A stretch of DNA of 63,759 nucleotides, counting the filler, from Octopus bimaculoides (lineage: Eukaryota): NCBI RefSeq assembly GCF_001194135.2. It is 8 parts of 8 records of this genome, joined end to end, with 100 filler letters (N's around TTAATTAATTAA, not from the genome) between each part and the next. Parts side by side here need not be neighbours in the genome. Positions count along the whole stretch, not along the records: positions 42,221 to 55,320 come from NC_068989.1; positions 55,421 to 58,568 come from NW_026400007.1; positions 58,669 to 61,186 come from NW_026310554.1; positions 61,287 to 63,759 come from NW_026435591.1; 4 more parts are not named here. The stretch is one strand, 5' to 3'. Both the position numbers and the translations under genes were made by a program. Below are positions 50,886 through 63,759 of the stretch, piece after piece; position 1 is the stretch's first letter, and each line of letters starts with the position of its first letter. The notes below the pieces were generated by a model, which made no database searches, had not been told where the DNA came from, and worked only from the letters and a program-made list of their open reading frames with translations.

Positions 50886-52749
50886 ACTGGGCCACTGCGC
50901 CTCCACAATCAGAGAAATAGATGAATGATTAAACAACTGTTTGTTGGCGTCTTACTTCAGATATGAAGACTCTTTAATATAGTCTGTGAAGAAATGTTCT
51001 TGTTGAAACACAGTTACATTATCGTTTTTTTTTTAAACTATTAAACTGATTTCTTTGATTTTAGTGGCTAACATTGATTCATAAAACTGATTTATACAGA
51101 GAAAAATGGCGGCCTATCAAAACTGCTATTGTAATGTTGATAGTAGTTAAAGAACTAAATTTCCGAAAACTAAATTTGTCAGATCTCATAAAAGGCATTG
51201 CAAACATGAAAGAAACGAAAACAACCAAATTTTATCCCTTGTATTTTGATTTCTACATAGATCTAACTAATTTTATTCATATAAATAGATTTTCCAATCT
51301 AAAAGCATAGGGAAAAACTCCAGTTTAAGAAAAACAAATAGTTTAAATGATTGAATTTTCGGATTGAAATTCCAAGTCTTTCCAGAAAAACAGAAAGATC
51401 TTCAATAAATATAATGGAAGAAATGATGAATCCATTATCCATTTCATAAAGGCCAGTAGCGGTACATAAACGCATCATATACATGATAACTTCCATTTTT
51501 CTCGTCTTTCTTTGAAATACATAAAGCAAAGAATAACCTAACAAAAAAATAAGCATTCAAAAACATTTGTATAAAGCTGGCGGTAAGAGCATTGAGAACA
51601 TATGAAGAATTCTTAAAATCTGTATTGTTCTTATTTATGAGACACTGTTTAGGATACTGCAGAAGTTTAACCCCTTCAATTTCCGAGTACGCATGAGTTC
51701 CTTTTGTTACACTCACGAAAAATGCAAAAGTATGGTGGTGGTGGTGGGGGGTTTAGTGTTTACAGCTAAAAAAACAATATTTTCGCCAATTTGCGAGCTG
51801 CCAAAGAATATTCACGTAATTGCCGCTTTTACATCTTTCTAGATGTATTGTCATACGAAGTCGTGTCCGATAAAGCGTACTAATAAATTCAAAGTGTTAA
51901 AAAAAAAACAAAAAAAAACCAAAACAAAAAACTAAGGAATCAAATTTATTTATTTCATATATGCCATTGTCAGCTGGCTCCGTTTTAGCAATCATAAATA
52001 TGCACCAACGGGTGATTAAGTCCATTGATAATACATTCGTGATTTCTCAAAGATATTTTGTGACATAAAAGAGCAATAGCCAGAAATTGATATAGCGTTT
52101 AGAGAAAGCCATTTTAGTTCATGGTGTAAAACAGTCACCTAATAACTGCAATGATAACTCTGACCTAACTCACAACAGCTGGTACTTCGTCGGATACGAC
52201 GACGAGGATTCCAGTTGATCCGATCAACAGAATAGCCTGCTCGTGGCTCGTGAAATTAACGTTTAAGTGGCTGAGTACTCCACAGAAACGCGTATGTTTA
52301 ACGTAGTAGTCAGGGAGATTCGTAGCAAGTATTACCTTATATTTCTGCGTTTTATTTTACATTGTTTCAATTCATGTAGATGTCAGCAATGAGTGGGTAT
52401 CAGATGATCAAGGAGTGTTAGCTGTGACAAAACGAAATTCTACATTGTCTCAGTCCACTTTCCGGTCAGTAATATATATACCAGATCATCTGGAATGTTA
52501 TCAGTGACAAACCAACGTCCTACTTTACCTCAGTTCACCTAACTGACAGTAAAAGGTACCCAAATACCATGAATTAGTACTTATAATACTCCTATAATCA
52601 GCATTGTCACAGTTCACTTAGCCGTCAATAATAAGTAGCAGATGTCATAGAAAAATATCAATTGGAATGATGTGAATAAATTCCCTACATTCATGCCAAT
52701 CATTTATTTGAGTTATTTCTTTTGGTTCATTGTCCTTTTAAATATACTC

Positions 52750-52945
52750 GTACTCTTTTACTTGTTTCAGTCATTTGACTGCGGCCATGCTGGAGCACCG
52801 CCTTTAGTCGAGCAAATCGACCCCAGGACTTATTCTTTGGAAGCCTAGTACTTATGTTATCGGTCTCTTTTGCCGAACCGGGGACGTAAACACACCAACA
52901 TCGGTTGTCAAGTGACGTTGGGGGGGGGGGACAAACACAGACACA

Positions 52946-52999
<54 letters not shown>

Positions 53000-53170
53000 C
53001 ATATATACGACGGGCTTCTTTCAGTTTTCGTCTACCAAATCCACGCACAAGGCTTTGGTCGGCCCGAGGCTATAGTAGAAGACACTTGCCCAATTTGCCA
53101 CGCAGTGGGACTGAACCCAGAACCATGTGGTTGGTAAGAAAGCTACTTATCACACAGCCACTACTGCGCC
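52750..53170 (-). mobile_element. Full-length SINE family B (tRNA head, CORE-like centre, internal TA/TG microsatellite, LINE-like tail)
   Basis: Box A/B-like head GTGGCTGTGTGATAAG..GGTTCAGTCCC, TTGGGCAAGTGTCTTC centre, internal (TA)n(TG)n, tail GGCGGTGCTCCAGCATGGCCGCAGTCAAATGACTGAAAC. Other copies near 715-835, 5005-5190, 12780-13135, 43540-43760, 54720-55105, 57815-58125. Confidence 0.9.
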
Positions 53171-53260
53171 TATGTGAATTATTTTAACTAAAACTTATTT
53201 GTAAGGCATATTCTTTTATGTAAAGCTCTATCCTTTGATCTGCAAGCTTAGTTAGACTAT

Positions 53261-53300
53261 CTTAGGCTGATGAGGTAAATTTGATAGAAACATGTACAAG
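53261..53300 (+). ncRNA. Degenerate hammerhead motif
   Basis: CTTAGG-CTGATGA-GGTaaatttgATA-GAAA-CATG-TA-CAAG. Intact core and ACATGT palindrome, but helices I and II are disrupted. Confidence 0.35.
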
Positions 53301-53875
53301 TCGTCCCCCTTGTCTAAAAAATAAAGAGCAGATCGCTCATACCAGTAAACTTTTCAATTAATTTGAAAACTTATTTTCTTGAAATTATATTCCTTTTTCT
53401 TCAAATAAACTATACACAGCTGCGTTTCTGTTTACTTTCACTAAGTAATCTTACATTTACTTACTTTTAGTGACTTCAGCTAGAGGCTGTGGCCATGCTG
53501 GGATATTACCATAAATAAGGAAATCTGCAATAATTAAGAATATTTTGCATGTAACATTCACTACAACTCGCTTTAATTCCATACCCTAATTTATGCCGTT
53601 GGACTTTTTGAGTTGGTTCCTTTGCTTCATTTATACTTTTGATAGCTTATAAACCTCTGATCATACAATCCACGTCGCCAAATTTTCTTATCGCTAGACT
53701 GTTCTAAAGGAACGTAATAATATTTAAATTCAATGACAAACTGTTTAGTTTCTGTGATCAATAAAACTGTTCAGTGGAAATATCTAATTTCAGTTAAATG
53801 TAATGGATTGGTAAGACATAAACACATAATAAAATTGACAAAAGTACATTTATCACAAAGAACACATGTCATAAA

Positions 53876-53936
<61 letters not shown>

Positions 53937-54227
53937 TGAGGGTGATATAACGTTCTATTAACTAATATCGAGTTTCAATGACTGAGAGAGAGAAAGAGAG
54001 ATAAATAGATAGATAGATAGATAGATAGATAGAGATATAAATAGATAGATAGATAGAGAAAGATGGTGGGGGGGGGGCAAAAGAGACAAAGAAAGAGAGA
54101 CAGGGATAGAGAAAGGAAGAGAAAGAGAGAGGGAGAGAGAGGTAGAGAAAGAATGATAATGTTCCAGAAAAGTAATTTTTTTTATGCCTGCAACCTTGAG
54201 GTGGAACACATAAAGGAATATATATAC

Positions 54228-54273
<46 letters not shown>

Positions 54274-57200
54274 TGTATGCGTGCGTGTATACGTATACTT
54301 ATATGCGTATAAGTGTGTATACATATACACACGTAAATCGATGTACATGTGTATATATAAATGTATATGGGTATTTGTATATGTATGTATGTATGTATAT
54401 ATATATGTATGCGTGTATGCATGCATGTATGTATGTATGTATGTATGTATGCATGTATGTATGTATGTATGAATGTATGTGTGTGTGCGTATGGTTTTCT
54501 TACGGTAACAGATGGAATGGAAGAGACAGTTGTTCAGAAATCAGTGGTGAAGGGTTTCATCAAAATGGAAGTGGGAGTCTTTTAAGAGAAGTGGTGGAAG
54601 CTTTACTAATCGTGGCGTCTAAACATCACAAGAGACTAACACACACACACACACACACACAAATATATATATAAATATGTGTGTATATGCGTATGTTATA
54701 TATGCGCATGTTTTTATCTTTTTATTTGTTTCAGTGTTAGACTTCAGCCATGCTGGGGCACCGCCTTTAAGAAATTTTAGTGGAAGGAGTCGACCCCTGT
54801 ACTTATTTTTTAAAGCCTAGCATTTGTTCTGTTGCTCACTTATGCTGTACTACTTATGGGGACGTAAACACACCAACACCGGTTGTCAAGTGGCAGTTGG
54901 AGACAAAGACACGATGACACACACAGAGACGCATCTATTGACATATGACAATCTTCTTTCTGCTGCCGCTTTCTACATCCACTTATAAGGATTTGGGCAG
55001 CCCGCGGCTATAGTAGAAGGCACTTGCCCAATGTGCCACGCAGAGGGAGTGAACCCAGAACCGTGTGGGTGGGAAGGAATCTTCTTACTACACTGCCACG
55101 CCTGCGATAAATATATGTATATACACATGCATATATGGGCACAGAACACCACACAACGTAAGCAACATGAAATACGTTTCATTTGTTTCTTTCGTTGTTC
55201 GCAAAAAAAAGGTCGCATTTCATGTGTATGCATATATATTTATATATTATTTATATTATTATATGATTGAGCACCACGCATCCGTTTCCGGGTAAGTTTT
55301 TTCCGATATATATATATATANNNNNNNNNNNNNNNNNNNNNNNNNNNNNNNNNNNNNNNNNNNNTTAATTAATTAANNNNNNNNNNNNNNNNNNNNNNNN
55401 NNNNNNNNNNNNNNNNNNNNGTATGAGAATTTACATTTGTATAAAAAATTAAACCCATTGAATTCTAGAACAAAGACCTGAAAACAGTAAGAGAACGCTG
55501 AATCGATATAATTTCATGGAGCTGGAAGAAAGCGAATGAGAAGGAGAGAGAGAGAAAGATTTCAGAAGAAAAAAAAAATTAATGATTAGGAAATTTAGCA
55601 TGGCATAAATATTTAAATTGCGATGTATGTATATTTATGCGCAAGCAAATATATTTGTGCTTTGTTATCCATACATTCGTATAGAGTCACACACATAATT
55701 ACAAGCATGTAATCATGAATACCTAGTCATACGTGTGTGTGTGTGTGTGTGCGTTCAAGCTCTCTGCTTTCTGAATTCAAATCCCGCTGGGTTACCCTTC
55801 TTTTTTCTCCGTCCGGAGGCGATAAAATGTTCTCAATCTCATAACGCGATTGATGTAATCGCCAATCTCCACCCCTCAGCTTCTTTGAAATGGTTCCTTT
55901 ATTAAATGCAATTTTTATTAGGCAGCGAACTGGCAGAACCGTTAGAACGTTTGACGAAATGTTCAGCTGCATTTCGCCCGTCGCTGTTCTGAGTTCAAAT
56001 TCTGTCGAGGTAAACTTTGTCTTTCCTCCTTTCGAGGTCGATAAATTAAGTACCAGTGAAATACTGGGGTTGATGTAATTGACTAGCCCCTTGCCACAAA
56101 ATTTCAACCATTGGCCCTTCACTAGAAAGGATTATCTGTTAAAAGATGGGTGAATTTTGGAAGAAGAGCCAATGTGAAAGCACCAATTCTGAATATGCAC
56201 ATGTAAAGAAATTAAAAGAGAACGGTTTCTGCAAGTTTGCTGACAAGTAAGAAAATGCGTTGCACATTCATTTATTCGAATATAATGCGCAGAACTCATG
56301 ATGCCTTCACACGTACGCAAGCAAAATTCAAAATATATTTAAACTTTTATGTATTTTTGGTATTATATATTTGAATCAGGAGTGGCCGTGTAGTAAAGAA
56401 GCATGCTTTCCGAACACATCGATCCGAGTTCAGTCCCTACTATAGCTTAAGGCTGACCAAGGCTTGCGAGGGGATTTGGTGGGCTATAGTAGGGACTGAA
56501 CTCGGATCGATGTAGTCGGGAAGCATGCTTCTTTACTACTATATATATACATGTGTGTGCGCGTGTGTGTCTGTATTTGTTCCCCACCAGCACCACTTGT
56601 TAACTGGTATTGGTTTGTTCACGTCTCCGTAGCTTAGCGTTAAGTACTAGGCCTTAAAAAGTAGTGCTAGGGTCGATTCATTCCACTAAATTTCCTCAAG
56701 GCATTGCCCCAGCATGACCGCAGTCTAATGCCTGAAATAAGTAAAAGAATAAAAGCAAAGAATAAGCAGGGAAGGCAAGTATTCATAATGGAACTTACCT
56801 GGTTTATGAAGAAAATGTTTTCTTTTCTTTCATTCTTTTCCTTTCTTCCTTTTTGCATTAAATAGTCATCTATCGGCGTGTGAGAATTCCACAATGTGGA
56901 AGTGAAAGTGTGTCATAAAGTTGGTAGTAGAAAGTCCCTGGATAAATAACAATAGGAATGCCTGCTTGGGGAACCAATTCCGATCCATAATATAAAAATT
57001 ACAAAAGGGCTACAGAGTAATATAATCCTTATCCAAAAGACATACATCATAACCTCTGAAGTTTGTTCTATAACAAAACGTTTTATTTTATAATTCATAT
57101 TACTATCATTTTTAAATTCCAGATATATTTAGATTGTGAAGCGGTAAGAAATCTTCCGCATTGTATGAATGTATAGATGTGGCATGTGCATCTTTTTAAA

Positions 57201-59043
57201 AAGTATTTTCAGTAAATAATATAAAGCAATTTTCTTTTACTTCATTGTTATGTGCAAGGGACTCCTTAGTTTCATAAACAAATGTTTTATATAGCCTCAT
57301 ACTGCCGAGAAAGCAAAATTTTAGATTAAAACAGATGAGTTTTGTATGTTAAAAGTGGAAAATGTTTCTCCTATTCTTATTAGCTGTCATATCAGTAAAA
57401 TTCATAATGCTGCACTAAATCCCCGCTAATCTATTTCCAATAAATATCTTACACTGACTTCGTTTATGGTACAAAAGGAAATAATTATTTATAAGGTGTA
57501 GAACACATGTGGCAGTATTAGAAATGACATATAGCCTCATTGGAAGATGATACAACCTAACTTGTTTCTCATTTTTGCTTTTGTGAATAATAGTGTAACT
57601 TAGTCCGTATTCTGTTCTTTGTACATCCTGATCTTTGAAGCGGTGTCTTAATAAGTCGTTGGGATAACAAAATGTATCATTAATGGAATCAAAGTTTGGA
57701 GATAAACTTCATAAACTTTTAATGAAATTATAATTTTTTTTTTTTGCTACGACTTTATATTGATACACAGAGCATTGCCAGCTAAAATATTGATTAAAAT
57801 ATTGATTAAATTGCGTGGCACCTTGGGCAAGTGTCTTCTACTATAGCCTCGGGTCGACCAAGGCCTTGTGAATGGATTTGGTAGACAGAAACTGAAAGAA
57901 GCCCGTCGTATATATATTATATATGTATGTATGTATGTATGTAATTGTGTGTCCATGTTTGTCCCCCACCATAGCTTGACAACCGATGTTGGTGTGTTTA
58001 CGTCCCCGCAACATAGTGGTTCGGTAAAAGACACCGATAGAATAAGTACTAGGCTTACAAAGAATAAGTCCTAAGGTTGATTTGTTCGACTAAAGGCGGT
58101 GCTCCAGCATGGCTGCAGCCAAAGTCATGGCCACAGAAAAAAAGGATAAACCAATGAGAAGAACTAGCGGTGTATCTATGAAATGAACCATACATTGAGC
58201 CGTACTATCTACTGCCATCGTTAAATCTAACATTTGTAATATTTTGATAAGAGCCTTTCTAGCCGTATGTTTGTGATCAGTCAGTCTTTAAATATGTGGA
58301 GTCCATCGTCACGATAAAGGCCGATATGTGCGGAGCAGTATGAATTACGCCGTGAATGTAAGATATAATCTCGGCTATACCGAAAGATACACACACTCAC
58401 ATACGTAAAAAACACGCACACACAAACATACATAATACAAAATCACATTCACATATCGATTCACTTATTCAATTATCGATTTCAGTCCAGAGGCTGGGAC
58501 ACTGCCATTATGAATGTACACACTCACATACACATACACACAAACACACGCATATACGCATATATATANNNNNNNNNNNNNNNNNNNNNNNNNNNNNNNN
58601 NNNNNNNNNNNNTTAATTAATTAANNNNNNNNNNNNNNNNNNNNNNNNNNNNNNNNNNNNNNNNNNNNTGTGTGTGTGTGTGTGTGTGTGTGGTTGCATG
58701 TGCGGCAGTGAGGACTTGTGGAGGGATGTGGGATGTGATGGGATGTTGCAGGTGCGGATATGCACGTGTGGTTGCCCATACAAATGCGTATACATATACA
58801 TATATGCATATACATACACACACACACACACACGCACATATATCATATATGCATAAATACACATATACATACACATACATACATACGTATGTGTTCATAC
58901 ATGCGTACACACACGCACACACTCGCATCCTAAATAGGTATACAGGTAGAAATATCTATAATTCTAGTGATGTAGGAAATACAAGAGAGAGAGAGAGAGG
59001 AATTTGGGAGAGAGGAGGTAGGAGGGCTTGGGATAAAACAATA

Positions 59044-59515
59044 GCCATTTCCCATCTTGTATGAGGAATACCGAATGTTTTCATGCAATGCCTGCCTGAT
59101 AAGAAACTCAGACACTCCCTTCTACCTGACGATGGACCTCATTGATTTGGAGGGATCGTTGTCAATCATGACCTGGATGTCACTAAGAAATTTAGGAATT
59201 CTCTTCTTATCAGAACGATCAAAGTGAGTTTTCCGAGTTGCCATACCTTCGTAATCACCATTATATTCATCCAACTCTTTCTGAATCCTCTGCACCGTCC
59301 TCAGATTGACACCCAAACACTTTGAAATGTTAGTAGTAGAGCTTCCGGTGCGAATGCCAAGCAGAACAGCATGTCGTTTCCAAATTTCTGTCAGAGTGAA
59401 TTGCGTCATGGTGTTGCTTTGCTCACAGACGGTGCCCAACTGACCCTACTATACTGCGTAATCGACAAAATAAAATAAAAAACAATGTGCATGCGCGAAA
59501 TTAAAAATATAAAAT
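59044..59515 (-). mobile_element. maT/DD37D-like (Tc1/mariner superfamily) transposase N-terminal fragment
   Basis: MTQFTLTEIWKRHAVLLGIRTGSSTTNISKCLGVNLRTVQRIQKEL...IDNDPSKSMRSIVR*KGVSEFLIRQALHENIRYSSYKM. The catalytic triad is absent, so the subfamily is judged only from the N-terminal motifs. Confidence 0.7.
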
Positions 59516-60879
59516 CGGAGTCGATTAAATAAAGTACCAGTTACGCACTGGGGTCGATGTAATCGATTTAATCCCTTTGTCCTTGTTTGTCCCCTCTATG
59601 TTTAGCCCCTTGTGGGCAATAAAGAATGAAATATAAGGGTGTCAACATTTAGCTTTCTGTGTGAGCAGTACTTGTATTTATTAAATGCAGGCTCATATCT
59701 AAAACGTTAACTATTAAACAGTTTAGTGCTAATAATAATATTTAAATTGAATTTACCTATTTTAGTTTTAAAAGAGCAGTTTCCTCAATCGCTTTTGTGT
59801 TTGTGTGTGCAGTGTGATAGAAACGGTGCCTTTGAATGCGATTGGTTATATCATATCAGAAGTAAAGAGCATGTTCTATTGCTTGGTTCATATAAATATT
59901 CTTCGTTTTGTCTGCAACTATACGGATATTAGATCATTGGTTGAAACGTTTTGTGCTATTGTTACGCCATTCTGAAAGGGCTAACGAATTTTACCTGTAT
60001 TATGAAATTAATCTGATGAGAATCTAAGTCTTCCTGTTTCTTGATTGGATGTGAAGATGGGAGCAGATACGCATCGTGAATAGACATCGGCCTCTGTGNN
60101 NNNNNNNNNNNNNNNNNNNNNNNNNNNNNNNNNNNNNNNNNNNNNNNNNNNNNNNNNNNNNNNNNNNNNNNNNNNNNNNNNNNNNNNNNNNNNNNNNNNN
60201 NNNNNNNNNNNNNNNNNNNNNNNNNNNNNNNNNNNNNNNNNNNNNNNNNNNNNNNNNNNNNNNNNNNNNNNNNNNNNNNNNNNNNNNNNNNNNNNNNNNN
60301 NNNNNNNNNNNNNNNNNNNNNNNNNNNNNNNNNNNNNNNNNNNNNNNNNNNNNNNNNNNNNNNNNNNNNNNNNNNNNNNNNNNNNNNNNNNNNNNNNNNN
60401 NNNNNNNNNNNNNNNNNNNNNNNNNNNNNNNNNNNNNNNNNNNNNNNNNNNNNNNNNNNNNNNNNNNNNNNNNNNNNNNNNNNNNNNNNNNNNNNNNNNN
60501 NNNNNNNNNNNNNNNNNNNNNNNNNNNNNNNNNNNNNNNNNNNNNNNNNNNNNNNNNNNNNNNNNNNNNNNNNNNNNNNNNNNNNNNNNNNNNNNNNNNN
60601 NNNNNNNNNNNNNNNNNNNNNNNNNNNNNNNNNNNNNNNNNNNNNNNNNNNNNNNNNNNNNNNNNNNNNNNNNNNNNNNNNNNNNNNNNNNNNNNNNNNN
60701 NNNNNNNNNNNNNNNNNNNNNNNNNNNNNNNNNNNNNNNNNNNNNNNNNNNNNNNNNNNNNNNNNNNNNNNNNNNNNNNNNNNNNNNNNNNNNNNNNNNN
60801 NNNNNNNNNNNNNNNNNNNNNNNNNNNNNNNNNNNNNNNNNNNNNNNNNNNNNNNNNNNNNNNNNNNNNNNNNNNNNNN

Positions 60880-60910
<31 letters not shown>

Positions 60911-61131
60911 TATATATATATACATACACACACAGTATATATATACATACACACAGTAGCAGAAGACACTTAATATAATTATGGTTAAAGTTATCAAACG
61001 AGTTACCATCCGGTGAGTGGTATCAATCGCTTATTGTTATCGAGAAAGCTTGTCCTAAATTCATCACAAGAAACACATTCCACTGCACACGAACATCCAA
61101 CAATACACATATAAACATTATACATACATAC

Positions 61132-61186
<55 letters not shown>

Positions 61187-61370
61187 NNNNNNNNNNNNNN
61201 NNNNNNNNNNNNNNNNNNNNNNNNNNNNNNTTAATTAATTAANNNNNNNNNNNNNNNNNNNNNNNNNNNNNNNNNNNNNNNNNNNNACAATACAATAGTA
61301 TATTCACAAATTAAGGCAAATAAAGACAGCTAGCTCATTGGATCAGCGGGACGCGAAGTTTTTTTCCACA

Positions 61371-61850
61371 AGAGTTCCGGACCCCAGTTATGAACTCATT
61401 TGCATACAGCCAATCAGAGGTTAACTATCAACCTAACTTATGAGCGCATAAGTGATGGGCGATAAGATAAGGTCACTTGGATAAGGAATGACCATGCTTC
61501 TTTTCTCTTTTAATAATGCTTGTTCTTGTTCTTGTTTCAATCATGGCTGCCTCTGAGTAGTTATTTGTGTTGTTGTTTATTTTGTAAAGCAGTAAGGAGA
61601 GAGGGTTGCCTGCACATCACCCTCTACCCACATTTTTTTCATCCACATCTTTACCATACGGGGCCCAAATAAAATCCGATAGTAGGAATAGATGCAAATC
61701 TATCTAATTACTTGTCTCCTAAAATCAGGCATAACTTGGCGATCGGGCAATTTACATTTTGAATGCCAACCTTTGTAACTTGACAACAAGGTCAAGATGA
61801 GCTCTGATTGGTTGTATGCAAATGAGTTCATTACTGGGGTCCAGAACTCT
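61371..61850. mobile_element. MITE-like element with ~49-bp TIRs containing octamer and CCAAT motifs
   Basis: agagttccggaccccagttatgaactcATTTGCATacagCCAATcagag (61371-61419) is mirrored at 61802-61850. Confidence 0.8.
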
Positions 61851-62392
61851 CGTGAGACTGAACCTGAAATTACGTAGTTGCAAAATGAACTTCTTAACCA
61901 CACAGCCATGTCTTGAATCTTATAATTTTTCCCCTCCTTCTGCTAATTTAACATTCATTCTGCTAATTAACAAATTTTATAGTTATCACTTTTATGCTTT
62001 ACGTTTCCATTTCAGTTGTGTATGATATAAATAAACTATAAATAATTACATTTTTTTAATTAGCATAGATTGTTCATTTGTATGATTGTGTTGTTTTTTT
62101 TAAGTTAAGATGTAATTAGTCAATATCGATTAAGTTAATTGGCATGCGTATAAATAAAATACTGCAGAAGTAATATGTGTTAGTTTCTAATTAAGCCGCT
62201 AACTTGGACTGAGTCAATGTAATCCCGCCAAATATTATTGAGAAATTATTATCTCCCTTGTATTAACTGTCCGTTAGGAGTCACAAGACATGTGTGTCTG
62301 TGTGTGTGTGTATGTGTATGTATGAAGATATATTTAAATATGTGTGTGTATGAATATATGTATGTACGTGTGTGTGTGTGCGCGCATGTGAT

Positions 62393-62446
<54 letters not shown>

Positions 62447-63531
62447 CATGTAAATAAGTGAATGTATATATATATATATNNNNNNNNNNNNNNNNNNNNN
62501 NNNNNNNNNNNNNNNNNNNNNNNNNNNNNNNNNNNNNNNNNNNNNNNNNNNNNNNNNNNNNNNNNNNNNNNNNNNNNNNNNNNNNNNNNNNNNNNNNNNN
62601 NNNNNNNNNNNNNNNNNNNNNNNNNNNNNNNNNNNNNNNNNNNNNNNNNNNNNNNNNNNNNNNNNNNNNNNNNNNNNNNNNNNNNNNNNNNNNNNNNNNN
62701 NNNNNNNNNNNNNNNNNNNNNNNNNNNNNNNNNNNNNNNNNNNNNNNNNNNNNNNNNNNNNNNNNNNNNNNNNNNNNNNNNNNNNNNNNNNNNNNNNNNN
62801 NNNNNNNNNNNNNNNNNNNNNNNNNNNNNNNNNNNNNNNNNNNNNNNNNNNNNNNNNNNNNNNNNNNNNNNNNNNNNNNNNNNNNNNNNNNNNNNNNNNN
62901 NNNNNNNNNNNNNNNNNNNNNNNNNNNNNNNNNNNNNNNNNNNNNNNNNNNNNNNNNNNNNNNNNNNNNNNNNNNNNNNNNNNNNNNNNNNNNNNNNNNN
63001 NNNNNNNNNNNNNNNNNNNNNNNNNNNNNNNNNNNNNNNNNNNNNNNNNNNNNNNNNNNNNNNNNNNNNNNNNNNNNNNNNNNNNNNNNNNNNNNNNNNN
63101 NNNNNNNNNNNNNNNNNNNNNNNNNNNNNNNNNNNNNNNNNNNNNNNNNNNNNNNNNNNNNNNNNNNNNNNNNNNNNNNNNNNNNNNNNNNNNNNNNNNN
63201 NNNNNNNNNNNNNNNNNNNNNNNNNNNNNNNNNNNNNNNNNNNNNNNNNNNNNNNNNNNNNNNNNNNNNNNNNNNNNNNNNNNNNNNNNNNNNNNNNNNN
63301 NNNNNNNNNNNNNNNNNNNNNNNNNNNNNNNNNNNNNNNNNNNNNNNNNNNNNNNNNNNNNNNNNNNNNNNNNNNNNNNNNNNNNNNNNNNNNNNNNNNN
63401 NNNNNNNNNNNNNNNNNNNNNNNNNNNNNNNNNNNNNNNNNNNATGTATGTACGTGTGTGTGTGTGCGCGCATGTGATTATATATATATATATATATGTA
63501 TGTATATATATATATCTTTCTCCCTCTCTCT

Positions 63532-63572
<41 letters not shown>

Positions 63573-63759
63573 CAAACACACATATGTATATATATAATAT
63601 ACTTGTACAAGAATGTTGTTGACGTGAGAATAATAAAGTATAGACCAAACCATCAGATTAATGTGAACTTGTTTTTATAAGTGAACGGAACATAAAAACA
63701 AACTCTAACATATATGTATACACACACACATGCATGCATGCATACATACATACATACAT

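Noticed and set aside
51299-51716. Overlapping hydrophobic ORFs suggesting a decayed membrane protein or GPCR
   Set aside because: No recognisable family motif; AT-rich DNA yields such ORFs by chance.

Overview
Eukaryotic, AT-rich, microsatellite-saturated and gap-rich DNA, most likely octopus or another coleoid cephalopod (inferred from the SINE families and repeat texture, not proven). Seven identical 100-bp spacers (44 N + TTAATTAATTAA + 44 N) split the window into eight pieces, so adjacency across spacers is unverified. Host-gene sequence absent or only partly seen in the ORF track: the last three coding exons of a CYP3-clan cytochrome P450 (minus strand, 29149-29286, 26153-26315, 24301-24375) and the bHLH exon of a BMAL1/cycle circadian clock gene (minus strand, 37759-37916). 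The rest is transposon debris: several tRNA-headed SINE families, CR1/L2-type and RTE LINEs, Penelope-like elements, Tc1, mariner and maT fragments, and MITEs. The most striking unexplained signal is a high density of minimal type I hammerhead ribozyme (HHR) motifs with palindromic helix III. They include an intact one at 3677-3727, a ~347-bp tandem retrozyme-like repeat at 4409-4990, and five motifs from three families within 1.3 kb (31022-32275), four of them in two back-to-back head-to-head inverted repeats upstream of the CYP exons. Several motifs have a recurring non-canonical base of helix II. All structures were read by eye; none was folded computationally or tested.
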